Source: an uncultured Pelagibacteraceae bacterium
Lineage (GTDB): Bacteria; Pseudomonadota; Alphaproteobacteria; Pelagibacterales; Pelagibacteraceae
Assembly (NCBI GenBank): GCA_902547825.1
Contig: CACCPE010000005.1
Span: 2,555-66,554 of the forward strand
Length of the DNA: 64,000 bases
Direction: 5' to 3'
Of this stretch, positions 45,899 through 56,019 are shown piece after piece; positions within the stretch are counted from its first letter, which is position 1, and every line of letters begins with the position of its first letter. The position numbers were made by a program, and so were the translations under genes. The notes beneath the pieces were generated by a model. It had not been told where the DNA came from and did no database searches. It saw only the letters and a program-made list of their open reading frames with translations.

Positions 45899-46903
45899 AT
45901 GAGAAAACTATCAATCGCTTTAGCTTCATTAGTTGCAATGTTAGTTGTAACTTCTGCTCAAGCTAGAGATCAGATTAAAATCGTAGGTTCTTCAACTGTA
46001 TTCCCTTATGCAACAATCGTTGCTGAAAGATTTGGTTCGTCTGGTAAATTTAAAACACCAGTAATCGAGTCAACAGGAACAGGTGGTGGAGCTAAATTAT
46101 TCTGTGCTGGAGTTGGTACAGAGCACCCAGACATAACAAATGCATCTAGAGCTATGAAGGCTAAAGAGTATGCGCTATGTCAAAAAAATGGTGTTGAAGA
46201 AATCGTAGAGATTACAGTTGGTAACGACGGAATAACGTTAGCTTATTCTAAAGATGCTAAACCAGTAAACTTTACAAAAAAACAATTATGGGCAGCATTA
46301 GCAAAAGAAGTTGCTAAAGATGGTGCGTTAGTACCAAATCCATATAAAAATTGGAGTGATATCGACCCATCATTACCAAACTACCCTATCAAAGTTATGG
46401 TGCCTCCAGGAACATCAGGAACAAGAGATGCTTGGAATTCATTAGTAATGAAAAAAGGTATCGATGATGCTTCTAAAAAAGCTGGCGCTAAATATAAAGC
46501 GTTAAGAGAAGATGGTGCGGTAATTGAAGTTGGTGAGAACGACTCACTTATTATTCAAAAATTAGCTGCGGACAAAGAAATGTTCGGTTTCTTTGGTTTC
46601 AGTTATTTCTTAGCTGCAAAAGATAAATTGCAAGCTGCAAGCATTGAAGGTGGTCAACCAAGTCTATCTTCGATTCAAGATTACAGTTACGCAGTTGCAA
46701 GACCTTTATTCTTCTATGTGAAAAAAGCTCACGTGGGCGTTGTACCTGGCTTACATGAATTCGTAAAAGAGTTCACAAGTAAAAAAGCTATGGGTAATAA
46801 AGGTTATTTAACTGATATCGGGCTAGTACCTCTAGATGGCAAGTTATACAAAACATCTAGAACTAACGCTACGAAGTTAGTTAACATGCCTGCTAAGAAG
46901 TAG
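45899..46903 (+). CDS. pstS: Phosphate ABC transporter substrate-binding protein
   Basis: Signal peptide, GSSTVFP, STGTGGG, NASR, SGTRD, RPLFFY. Confidence 0.95.
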   Translation: MRKLSIALASLVAMLVVTSAQARDQIKIVGSSTVFPYATIVAERFGSSGKFKTPVIESTGTGGGAKLFCAGVGTEHPDITNASRAMKAKEYALCQKNGVEEIVEITVGNDGITLAYSKDAKPVNFTKKQLWAALAKEVAKDGALVPNPYKNWSDIDPSLPNYPIKVMVPPGTSGTRDAWNSLVMKKGIDDASKKAGAKYKALREDGAVIEVGENDSLIIQKLAADKEMFGFFGFSYFLAAKDKLQAASIEGGQPSLSSIQDYSYAVARPLFFYVKKAHVGVVPGLHEFVKEFTSKKAMGNKGYLTDIGLVPLDGKLYKTSRTNATKLVNMPAKK

Positions 46904-46918
46904 TAGTATCAATTAAAC

Positions 46919-46945
46919 AAAAAGGGGGTATTTTACCCCCTTTTT
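46919..46945 (+). terminator. Hairpin/terminator between pstS and pstC
   Basis: AAAAAGGGGGTA-ttt-TACCCCCTTTTT. Confidence 0.75.
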
Positions 46946-46962
46946 ATCTCTGGAAGCTCAAT

Positions 46963-48339
46963 ATGAATTTAATACTTGTAACTTTTATTATTCTCTTAGC
47001 TTTCACAAGTTATTATTTCGGTAGAAAAAAAGCTCTGGTTATTCAATCATCACAAAGACTTACGGCATTACCAAAATTTTATGGATATTATTTAGCTGCT
47101 TGGTGTGCTGCACCAGCATTAATAATTTTTGCTCTTTGGTCAGTTTTTGAACCATCAATAGTTAAAACATTTATTTTACAAGATTACACTGATCAGAACT
47201 TAACTAAAAATGAGCTTCAGCTTATTTACACAAAGGTTAAAGCATTAGCCGCAGGAACTTACACGGGAGATATTACTAATTTTCTAGATGAGTCTGCTAA
47301 TAAGTACATTCAATTAAAAGGAATAGCTAACAGCGCTAAAGTAGCAATTATTTTAGCAATTTTAATTTTCTCTCTGAGTTTTGCGTATAGATCTGTTCAG
47401 AAAAATGATCGAATGAGAGAACCAGTAGAAATTTTTCTTAAATGGGTGTTATTTGTTGCATCATTAGGCGCAGTTTTAGTTACAATCGGAATAGTTTTTT
47501 CACTTTTATTCGAAGCGATTAGGTTTTTTCAAGCAGTAAAAATCTTTGACTTTATATTCGGAACTCATTGGTATCCTGCTAAAACTTTTGTAAGAGATGG
47601 CCAACCAGATCCTGAATTAATGAAGGATGCTTTCGGAGCTGTGCCTTTATTTGCTGGAACTTTTTTTATTGCTTTTATTGCAATGTGTGTTGCCATCCCC
47701 ATAGGTTTGCTGAGTGGGATATATCTATCTGAGTATGCTGGAAGAGGCATAAGAAAATATGCGAAACCTATTATTGAGATTTTAGCTGGTATTCCAACAG
47801 TGGTATATGGTTTTTTTGCAGCTTTAACCGTCGGTCCTTTTGTTAAAGAAATTGGTAACGCTATGGGTTTAGAAGTTTCAGCGGAGAGCGCTTTAGCTGC
47901 AGGAGCAGTTATGGGAGTAATGATAATTCCTTTTATTTCAAGTCTAAGCGATGACGTTATGACGGCAGTACCTCAAAATTTAAGAGATGGGAGTTACGCA
48001 ATGGGCGCAACAAAATCTGAAACTGTAAAAAAAGTAATTTTTCCAGCAGCCCTACCTGGTATCGTAGGTTCGATACTTTTAGCAGTATCGAGAGCGGTAG
48101 GAGAAACAATGATTGTTGTAATGGCTTCAGGACTAGCGGCTAATCTTACAATGAATCCACTTGAGTCAACTTCTACCATTACAGCGCAAATTGTAGTAAT
48201 TTTAATTGGAGACCAACAATTTGGAGATCCAAAAACTCAATCAGCTTTTGCATTAGGAATATCTTTATTTATAGTAACTTTACTCTTAAATGTAATCGCT
48301 CTTTCAGTTGTTAAAAAATATAGGGAAAAATATGAATAG
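46963..48339 (+). CDS. pstC: Phosphate ABC transporter permease
   Basis: EILAGIPTVVYG, SRAVGETMIV. Confidence 0.95.
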   Translation: MNLILVTFIILLAFTSYYFGRKKALVIQSSQRLTALPKFYGYYLAAWCAAPALIIFALWSVFEPSIVKTFILQDYTDQNLTKNELQLIYTKVKALAAGTYTGDITNFLDESANKYIQLKGIANSAKVAIILAILIFSLSFAYRSVQKNDRMREPVEIFLKWVLFVASLGAVLVTIGIVFSLLFEAIRFFQAVKIFDFIFGTHWYPAKTFVRDGQPDPELMKDAFGAVPLFAGTFFIAFIAMCVAIPIGLLSGIYLSEYAGRGIRKYAKPIIEILAGIPTVVYGFFAALTVGPFVKEIGNAMGLEVSAESALAAGAVMGVMIIPFISSLSDDVMTAVPQNLRDGSYAMGATKSETVKKVIFPAALPGIVGSILLAVSRAVGETMIVVMASGLAANLTMNPLESTSTITAQIVVILIGDQQFGDPKTQSAFALGISLFIVTLLLNVIALSVVKKYREKYE

Positions 48340-49603
48340 TTTTAAGAAAAATTTATTAAAAAAAAGATATAACGCTGAAAGAAGATTTCAATGGTATGGC
48401 AAAATAGCTATAGGATTAGCTTTAAGCTTTTTAGCAGTTTTTATGTTTCAGATATTTTCAAAAGGTTACTCAGCTTTCCAAAAAACTTGGATAGTAACAG
48501 AAGTTCATTATGATAAAGAATTACTTTTAATCGATGCAGAAAGCCCATCAAAAGATGATTTAGAAAATGCAGACTATTATGATGTTGCTTACAAAGCTAT
48601 GACCTCATTAGATACTGGACTTCCTGAAGAAGAGGATCGTCAATTGATACAAATGGTTTCGTATAAATATGAGGCAGAGGTTAAAGATCTACTTTTAAAA
48701 AATCCAGACTTTCTGGGTAAAATAGTTCCCATAAAATTAACAGCTTCTGATGATGTTGATCAAGTTCATAAGGGAAATTATCCAAGAGATATCCCTGAAA
48801 AGAATAGAAGAGTAAATGATTATCAGTTGCAGATTTACGATATGCTTAATGAAAGAGGGGATATTTTATCAGAGTTTAACATTAGTTTTTTTACAAGTCC
48901 TGATTCAAGAGAGGCAGAGCTAGCAGGTATAGCTAGCTCGTTTATGGGAACAGTTTTTAGTATACTAGTATGTTTAGCGTTTTCATTTCCTGTTGCAGTG
49001 CTAGCTGCAATTTATCTCGAGGAGTTTGCACCAAAAAATAAATTTACAGATTTTATAGAAGTAAACATTAATAATTTAGCAGCTGTTCCATCGATAGTAT
49101 TTGGTTTGCTAGGTCTTGGTGTTTTATTAGCAGTTTTTAATTTACCAAGATCGACACCACTTGTTGGAGGAATTACTTTGTCTCTTATGACATTACCAAC
49201 AATAATTATTGCTGCAAGAGCTTCTTTAAAAGCTGTTCCTCCAAGTATAAGAGAAGCTGCTTTAGCGATGGGTGCAAGTAATATGCAAACAACCATGCAT
49301 CATACTGTGCCACTATCAATGCCTGGAACTTTATCTGGAACGATAATTGGCTTGGCTCAAGCTTTAGGGGAAACAGCCCCTTTAATTTTAATAGGAATGG
49401 TTGCTTTTGTGAATACAATACCTGGTACGCCAGTTGATCCTGCTGCAAGTTTACCAGTTCAGATATATATATGGTCAGAAAGTGCTGAGAGGGGTTTCGT
49501 TGAAAAAGTATCTGCATGTATTATGGTGCTTCTAGCTTTTTTAATTTTAATGAACTTGGCAGCTCAAATCGTTAGACACAAATTTGAAAAGAAATGGAGT
49601 TAA
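48332..49603 (+). CDS. pstA: Phosphate ABC transporter permease (start probably ATG 48332)
   Basis: NLAAVPSIVFGL, AQALGETAPL. Confidence 0.95.
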   Translation: MNSFKKNLLKKRYNAERRFQWYGKIAIGLALSFLAVFMFQIFSKGYSAFQKTWIVTEVHYDKELLLIDAESPSKDDLENADYYDVAYKAMTSLDTGLPEEEDRQLIQMVSYKYEAEVKDLLLKNPDFLGKIVPIKLTASDDVDQVHKGNYPRDIPEKNRRVNDYQLQIYDMLNERGDILSEFNISFFTSPDSREAELAGIASSFMGTVFSILVCLAFSFPVAVLAAIYLEEFAPKNKFTDFIEVNINNLAAVPSIVFGLLGLGVLLAVFNLPRSTPLVGGITLSLMTLPTIIIAARASLKAVPPSIREAALAMGASNMQTTMHHTVPLSMPGTLSGTIIGLAQALGETAPLILIGMVAFVNTIPGTPVDPAASLPVQIYIWSESAERGFVEKVSACIMVLLAFLILMNLAAQIVRHKFEKKWS

Positions 49604-50359
49604 ATGAGTAAAATAAAAGCGGAAAATGTAAATGTTTATTACGGATCCAAACAGGCATTATTTGACGTCTCTATAGATATAGCAGAAAAAGAAGTTACAG
49701 CTTTAATTGGACCATCTGGGTGTGGAAAGTCTACTTTCTTAAGATGCTTGAACAGGATGAACGACGTCATAGAAATTTGTAGAGTTGAAGGCAGTATTAA
49801 AATGGACAACCTAGAACTGAATTCAAGAAAGTTAGATGTTGTGAGACTTAGGGAGAACGTTGGTATGGTTTTTCAAAAACCCAATCCATTCCCTAAAACA
49901 ATTTATGAAAATGTAGCTTATGGTCCTACTATTCACGGTATTGCACAGAGCAAAGAAGAAATGGATCAAATAGTTGAAACAAGTTTGAAAAAAGCTGCCT
50001 TGTGGAACGAAGTTAAAGATAGACTTGATGAAATCGGAACTGGTTTATCAGGAGGTCAACAGCAACGACTTTGTATTGCTAGAGCTATATCTGTAAGTCC
50101 AGAAGTGATTCTTATGGACGAACCATGTTCAGCGCTTGACCCAATAGCAACAGCTCAAATTGAAGAACTTATAGATGATCTTAAAAAAGAGGTCACAATT
50201 GTGATAGTTACCCACTCAATGTCACAAGCAGCTAGGGTATCTCAAAAAACAGGTTTCTTTCATTTGGGAAAACTTATAGAATTTGGACCAACAGATAAAA
50301 TATTTAAAAATCCTGATAATCAGCAAACTCAGGATTATATTACAGGAAGGTTTGGTTAA
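49604..50359 (+). CDS. pstB: Phosphate ABC transporter ATPase
   Basis: [31 protein letters not shown]. Confidence 0.97.
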   Translation: MSKIKAENVNVYYGSKQALFDVSIDIAEKEVTALIGPSGCGKSTFLRCLNRMNDVIEICRVEGSIKMDNLELNSRKLDVVRLRENVGMVFQKPNPFPKTIYENVAYGPTIHGIAQSKEEMDQIVETSLKKAALWNEVKDRLDEIGTGLSGGQQQRLCIARAISVSPEVILMDEPCSALDPIATAQIEELIDDLKKEVTIVIVTHSMSQAARVSQKTGFFHLGKLIEFGPTDKIFKNPDNQQTQDYITGRFG

Positions 50360-51039
50360 TGAGTGAAAAACCGCACATTGTAAAATCTTACGAAGAGCAA
50401 CTTCAGTTATTAAAAGATACAATAGTGAAAATGGGAACTGGAGTTGAGAAACAGCTTGAAAACACTATTCAATCTTTAGTTAAAAAAGACATTAGTTTAG
50501 CAGAAAAATCTATCAAAGATGACGAATTGACTGATAAGTATGAAATCAATATAGAAGAGCAAGTTGTAAATTTGATTGCCTTAAGGCAACCTATGGCAAT
50601 AGATTTAAGAGAAACAGTTGTTGCCTTAAAAGTTTCTTCAGACTTAGAGAGAATTGGTGATTTAGCAAAAAACATCTCAAAACGATTAACTAAAATTGGA
50701 ACTGATTTACCTAATGATATTACTAAAAATTTCGAAATAGCTGGTTTAAAAGCATCAAAACAAGTCAATGCAGTTTTAAATTCGTATTTACATAGAGCTA
50801 AAGATACAGCAGAAAATGTTTGGAATTCTGATGAAGAAATAGATCAAATGACTAATTCTAATATGGAAGCTGCAGTAAAGCATTTAGAAAAAAATAAAAA
50901 CGATATACAAAAAGTAACCCAACTACTTTTCATGCTTAAAAATATTGAGAGGATTGGAGATCATGCAACCAATATTGCAGAGCAAGTTTATTTTCTGATT
51001 ACAGGAGATTATTTAGAGGGAGACCGACCAAAAGGATAA
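50359..51039 (+). CDS. phoU: Phosphate signalling protein PhoU
   Basis: QPMAIDLR, DLERIGD, IERIGDHATNIAE. Confidence 0.96.
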   Translation: MSEKPHIVKSYEEQLQLLKDTIVKMGTGVEKQLENTIQSLVKKDISLAEKSIKDDELTDKYEINIEEQVVNLIALRQPMAIDLRETVVALKVSSDLERIGDLAKNISKRLTKIGTDLPNDITKNFEIAGLKASKQVNAVLNSYLHRAKDTAENVWNSDEEIDQMTNSNMEAAVKHLEKNKNDIQKVTQLLFMLKNIERIGDHATNIAEQVYFLITGDYLEGDRPKG

Positions 51040-51722
51040 TGAGGGCAAATTTATTCATTGTTGAAGATGAAATGCCCATCGTAACTTTACTTAAATACAA
51101 TTTAGAAAAAGAGGGTCACAAAGTTGATTATGCAGTCAATGGAGAAGACGCTATTAGAAATATAAAGGAAAAAAATCCTGATTTAATTTTATTAGATTGG
51201 ATGTTGCCAGATATTTCAGGTGTTGAAGTCTGTAAAAATTTGAAAAGAAGCAATCTTCACAAAAATATCCCAATCATTATGTTAACAGCCAAAGGTGAGG
51301 AAGAAGACAAACTTAAAGGATTTGAAACAGGAGCTGATGACTACGTAACTAAGCCATTCAGCCAAAAAGAACTTATTGCAAGAGTTAACGCTTTATTAAA
51401 GAGATCTAAACCAAGTGTTGCCGCTGATGTTGTAGTATTTGAGGATCTTAAAGTAGATAGAGTTCAACGAAGAGTTTATAGAGCAGATAAACAAGTTATA
51501 GTCGGCCCAACCGAATTTAAACTAATTGATTTTTTAATAAAGAATCCAAAAAGAGTATATTCGCGTGAGCAACTTCTAAATTCTGTATGGGGAGATGATA
51601 TTTATGTTGAGTCCAGAACTATAGATGTTCATATCAGAAGACTAAGAAAAGCAATAAATATTGATGGCAAGAAAGATCTTATCAGAACAGTAAGATCTGC
51701 TGGCTATTCCTTAGATGTTTGA
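51039..51722 (+). CDS. phoB: Phosphate regulon response regulator
   Basis: LLDWMLP, GADDYVTKPFS, GPTEF, RTIDVHIRRLRK. Confidence 0.96.
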   Translation: MRANLFIVEDEMPIVTLLKYNLEKEGHKVDYAVNGEDAIRNIKEKNPDLILLDWMLPDISGVEVCKNLKRSNLHKNIPIIMLTAKGEEEDKLKGFETGADDYVTKPFSQKELIARVNALLKRSKPSVAADVVVFEDLKVDRVQRRVYRADKQVIVGPTEFKLIDFLIKNPKRVYSREQLLNSVWGDDIYVESRTIDVHIRRLRKAINIDGKKDLIRTVRSAGYSLDV

Positions 51723-52228
51723 AGATCTTTTGGCTTTATAAATGATATTAATTTTCCTTTAACTTTTGATAACTTTTCCCAATCATTGAAATTAAAACTT
51801 ATTTCAGCAACGGCTGCAGTAGGAAATTTTCTTTTTAAATTTTCAAATTGTTCAGAGTTTTCTTTAAGACAGATTCGATTTATGAGTTCACTCATTGAAG
51901 GTTCATGATTGATTAAAAGTAAAGTTTTATAATTATCAACTGTTTGTTTTAAGATATGAATAATTTCATCCTCACTAGCATGATAAAGCGCTTTTTTTTT
52001 AATAATTTTCTTAAAACTGATTTTTTCTGACAATATATTTAATGTTTGTATTGTCCTTTTAGAGGATGAGCAATAAACTAAATCAAATTTTAATTTCTTT
52101 TTAATAAAAAATTCACAAATTAATTTTGCTGAATTTACCCCTCTTTTATTCAATGGCCTGTCATGATCATCTAAATTTGGAAAATCCCAACTAGATTTAG
52201 CATGTCTCATCGCATATAATTTAAACAT
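51704..52228 (-). CDS. sixA: SixA-type phosphohistidine phosphatase
   Basis: RHAKSSW, DHDRPLNKRG, NHEP, FPTAA. Confidence 0.85.
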   Translation of the reverse strand: MFKLYAMRHAKSSWDFPNLDDHDRPLNKRGVNSAKLICEFFIKKKLKFDLVYCSSSKRTIQTLNILSEKISFKKIIKKKALYHASEDEIIHILKQTVDNYKTLLLINHEPSMSELINRICLKENSEQFENLKRKFPTAAVAEISFNFNDWEKLSKVKGKLISFIKPKDLQTSKE

Positions 52229-52250
52229 ATTTTTAATTTAACATTTAAAT

Positions 52251-54377
52251 ATGTCGAAAGCATCATTTTCAGAAAACGCTAATATTAGCAATCAACTCAT
52301 AAACAGAGAATTATCTTGGCTTCAGTTTAATGATCGTGTTTTAGAAGAATCAAAAGATAAAACAAATCCTCTATTTGAAAGAGTAAAATTTTTATCAATC
52401 GCAGGTACAAATTTAGATGAATTTTTTATGGTAAGAGTCGCTGGACTTTTTAATCAAATTAAAGATGGTTTTGACGAATTAAGCGCAGATGGATTAACTG
52501 CAGAGGATCAATTGAATAGGGTCGTATTAAAAACTAAAGATCTATTAAAGAAGCAAAACGAAGCATTCCTAGAATTGAAAAAAGAGCTATCGAAAGAAAA
52601 AATTTTCATTCGAAAAATGTCAGAACTAAATAAGAAGGATCTTATGTATCTAAGAGAATATTTTCAGGAAACAATTTATCCTATAATAACACCTACTGCC
52701 ATTGACCCATCACATCCCTTTCCTTTTATACCAAATAAAGGCCAAGCAATTTTATTAAGAATGACAAGAATTAAAAAAAAAAGAGAACTAAATGCAATTA
52801 TAGTTATACCAAGAGCACTTCCAAAATTTGTATCGCTAAATAATTCTGAAACAATAAATGAATTTGTCACAATTGATGACGTAATTTGTAAATTTGCTAA
52901 TGAAATATTTCCAGACCATAATATCGAGGCAAGTTTGCAGTTTAAAATAATTAGAGACAGCGAAATTGAAATAGATGATGAAGCTGCTGATCTTGTGAGA
53001 TATTTTGAAAAAGCAATTAAGAAAAGAAGAAGGGGAAACGTAGTTAAACTCGAAGTAATCACTAATTCAAACAAAAAACTTTTAAATTTTATTTCAAAAA
53101 AATTTAAAATGGATGAAGATCATATTTATGAGGTTGAAGGATTGGTTGGAATACAAGATATAGATGAAATTTGTAAAAAGAAAGATCCAAAGCTGAGATT
53201 TAAAAAGTTTAATCCTAGAGAAGTTGAAAGATTGAAGGAATTTGATGATAAATTTTTTTCAGCTATAAGAAGTAAAGATTTTGTTGTACACCACCCTTTT
53301 GAAACTTTTGATGTAGTAATTCAATTTTTAGAAGCTGCAGCAAAAGATCCCAAAGTTATCGGTATCAAACAAACTTTATATCGAACCACACCTGACTCTC
53401 CTATCGTAAAAGCACTAAGTAGAGCAGCAGAAAACGGAAAAGTTGTTACAGCCGTAATAGAAATAAAAGCTCGATTTGATGAGGAAGCTAATATTGAATT
53501 ATCTAGGAAACTAGAGAAAGCTGGAGTTCAAATTGTTTACGGATTCGCAAAATATAAAACGCATGCAAAGGCAAGTTTAGTTTTAAGAAAAGAAGGAGCT
53601 AAAACGCGAAGCTATGTTCACTTAGGTACAGGAAACTATCATCCAATTAACGCAAAAATTTATACTGACTTATCACTGTTTAGCTCTAATCAAGACTTGG
53701 CCAAAGATGTCGAAAAATTTTTCAATTATGTAACTGGTTATGCAAAACCAAAAAAATTGAATAAAATTTTTATGTCTCCATTAAATAGCAGGAATTTTTT
53801 TGAAGAAAAAATTGAAAATGAAATTGTAAATGCAAGTAAAGGAAAACCTGCAGAAATATGGGCAAAAATGAATTCTCTTGTAGACCCTGGAATTATTAAG
53901 AAATTTTATGAAGCTTCAAACGCAGGAGTAAAAATAAATTTATCAGTAAGAGGAGTGTGTTGCTTAAGACCTGGAATTAAAGGTCAATCTGAAAATATAA
54001 AAGTAAAAAGCCTTATTGGCAGATTTTTAGAACACTCAAGAATTTATTGTTTTGCAAATGGTAGCTCTATGCCCTCTCGAGAGAATCAGGTATATATTTC
54101 ATCTGCAGATTTAATGCCTAGAAATTTAGATAGAAGAATTGAAATTATAATTCCGATAGAAAACAACACTGTGCATGAGCAAATTTTAGATCAAATTATG
54201 TTAGCTAACTTTAAAGATAAATCAGAAACATGGTATTTAGATAGTTTGGGAAACTATCATAAAGAACAAGAAAAAGGCTTTTCCGCACATTCCTATTTCA
54301 TGAAGAACCCAAGTTTATCAGGTCGTGGTAAGTCAATTTTAAGAGCTAAACCTCAAAATTTAAGATTAGTAAAATGA
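52251..54377 (+). CDS. ppk1: Polyphosphate kinase 1
   Basis: NRELSWL, NLDEFFMVRVAG, HHPF, KARFDE, GRFLEHSR, SADLMPRN. Confidence 0.97.
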   Translation: MSKASFSENANISNQLINRELSWLQFNDRVLEESKDKTNPLFERVKFLSIAGTNLDEFFMVRVAGLFNQIKDGFDELSADGLTAEDQLNRVVLKTKDLLKKQNEAFLELKKELSKEKIFIRKMSELNKKDLMYLREYFQETIYPIITPTAIDPSHPFPFIPNKGQAILLRMTRIKKKRELNAIIVIPRALPKFVSLNNSETINEFVTIDDVICKFANEIFPDHNIEASLQFKIIRDSEIEIDDEAADLVRYFEKAIKKRRRGNVVKLEVITNSNKKLLNFISKKFKMDEDHIYEVEGLVGIQDIDEICKKKDPKLRFKKFNPREVERLKEFDDKFFSAIRSKDFVVHHPFETFDVVIQFLEAAAKDPKVIGIKQTLYRTTPDSPIVKALSRAAENGKVVTAVIEIKARFDEEANIELSRKLEKAGVQIVYGFAKYKTHAKASLVLRKEGAKTRSYVHLGTGNYHPINAKIYTDLSLFSSNQDLAKDVEKFFNYVTGYAKPKKLNKIFMSPLNSRNFFEEKIENEIVNASKGKPAEIWAKMNSLVDPGIIKKFYEASNAGVKINLSVRGVCCLRPGIKGQSENIKVKSLIGRFLEHSRIYCFANGSSMPSRENQVYISSADLMPRNLDRRIEIIIPIENNTVHEQILDQIMLANFKDKSETWYLDSLGNYHKEQEKGFSAHSYFMKNPSLSGRGKSILRAKPQNLRLVK

Positions 54378-55879
54378 AACCAGAATTAAAAAATCTTTTT
54401 AAATTTCAGTCTAATAAAAAGTCTAAGCAAGCCATAATAGATCTTGGATCAAATTCAGTAAGAATGCTCATATACGATAATTTTAAAATTTCTCCAATCC
54501 CAGTCTTTAATGAAAAAGCAGTTTGCAAACTTGGAAAAAATTTAGATAAATCTAAAAAACTAAATCCCGATGGAATTAAAGGTTCTTTAAAAGTTCTAAA
54601 TAGATTTAAAGAAATTTTAGATATTTCAGACGTTCAAGATTTAGAAATTATTGCAACAGCAGCTTTTAGAGAGGCCACTGATGCAAGTGAATTTTTAAGA
54701 GAAATTGAAAAAATATTTAATAAAAAACCACTAGTATTATCTGGCGAGGAAGAAGCAAGAACATCAGCAAATGGTGTAATGGTAGGATTTGATGAAGTAG
54801 ATGGATTAGTTGCAGATTTAGGAGGTGGAAGTTTAGAACTTGCCAGAGTTTCTAAAAATCAAATTTTTGAAACAACCTCTTTACCTCTTGGAGTATTAAG
54901 ACTTGAAAATAATCCTATTATAAAAAAAAGAAATTTGGGAAAATATGTTAGAAAACTTTTAAGAGATGAAAAATGGCTTTCTAAAAAGAAATTTAAAAAT
55001 ATTTATTTGGTAGGAGGTACTTGGAGATCATTATTTAAATATCATCTCTTTAAAGAAAAACACCCATTACATATTTTGCACCAATATAAACTCTCAAAAG
55101 ATGTAGCAGTAAAATACTTAAATAGAATTTCAAAATTTAATAAATCATCTTTGAAATCAATGGAATATATTACTAAATCTAGAACTCCCTATTTACCTTT
55201 TAGCTCTATAATACTAAACGAAATAATTGAAGCAGCAAGCCCCTCAAAAGTTATTTGCTCAATCAGTGGACTGAGAGAGGGACATATGAATACAATTATA
55301 AACCAAGGAATGAGCGAGGATGAAATTTTCAAATTAAAAACTGACGGTATATCTTTTAAAAAAGGGGACTATGGAAAGAGTTTTGAGAAATATTTTAATT
55401 TTATTTCACCATTATTTGAAGACAACGAATATTTTAATCGAAGATTACTAACCTTGGCTTGCATCTTAAGTAAAATGGATTGGGGCCTAGGAGCTTTTCA
55501 AAAAGCAGAATTAGTTTTTATGGAAGTGTTAAATACTCCATTACTAAAACTAGAACATAGAGATAGAGTAAAAGTTGCATCAGCAAGTTTTTGGAGACAT
55601 TGTGGCTTAAAATATAATCCGAATTATCAGTTTTTATCCTTATTAAATAACAACGAAATTTTATCCTCAAAGCAAGTGGGATCTGCTTTAAGATTAGCAG
55701 AGTCACTCACTAGCATGTCTTCTTTGTTGTTAGATGAATTTAAAATTTATAAAAGAAATAAGACTATTTTTTTGAAAATACCTAACAATCATAGCGATAT
55801 TGTCTCAAAACAAGTAACTAAAAGACTTAAAAACCTGGCAAGAGAGATGAATGTCGACTCCAATATCATTTATTCTTGA
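54374..55879 (+). CDS. ppx: Exopolyphosphatase Ppx/GppA
   Basis: IDLGSNSVR, ATAAFREA, GEEEA, DLGGGSLE, GLREG. Confidence 0.93.
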   Translation: MKPELKNLFKFQSNKKSKQAIIDLGSNSVRMLIYDNFKISPIPVFNEKAVCKLGKNLDKSKKLNPDGIKGSLKVLNRFKEILDISDVQDLEIIATAAFREATDASEFLREIEKIFNKKPLVLSGEEEARTSANGVMVGFDEVDGLVADLGGGSLELARVSKNQIFETTSLPLGVLRLENNPIIKKRNLGKYVRKLLRDEKWLSKKKFKNIYLVGGTWRSLFKYHLFKEKHPLHILHQYKLSKDVAVKYLNRISKFNKSSLKSMEYITKSRTPYLPFSSIILNEIIEAASPSKVICSISGLREGHMNTIINQGMSEDEIFKLKTDGISFKKGDYGKSFEKYFNFISPLFEDNEYFNRRLLTLACILSKMDWGLGAFQKAELVFMEVLNTPLLKLEHRDRVKVASASFWRHCGLKYNPNYQFLSLLNNNEILSSKQVGSALRLAESLTSMSSLLLDEFKIYKRNKTIFLKIPNNHSDIVSKQVTKRLKNLAREMNVDSNIIYS

Positions 55880-55936
55880 AAATTAATAAATCTTTAACTT
55901 AATTTAAATATTTTTTTAGCATTTTTATATTATTAA

Positions 55937-56015
55937 CTGATTAACAGTCTCCCAACTGTGTTGTTAATTAATTAGCCCATCAGCCCAAGGTATCAATATT
56001 TCCTTGGGCTGGGCT
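55937..56015 (+). ncRNA. Candidate small RNA: hairpin with CUCCCA loop plus GC-rich 3' hairpin
   Basis: TTTAAA-N17-TATATT upstream; ACAGT-CTCCCA-ACTGT hairpin; CAGCCCAAGG/CCTTGGGCTG 10-bp stem; lies between convergent genes. Confidence 0.55.
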
Positions 56016-56019
56016 CCAA

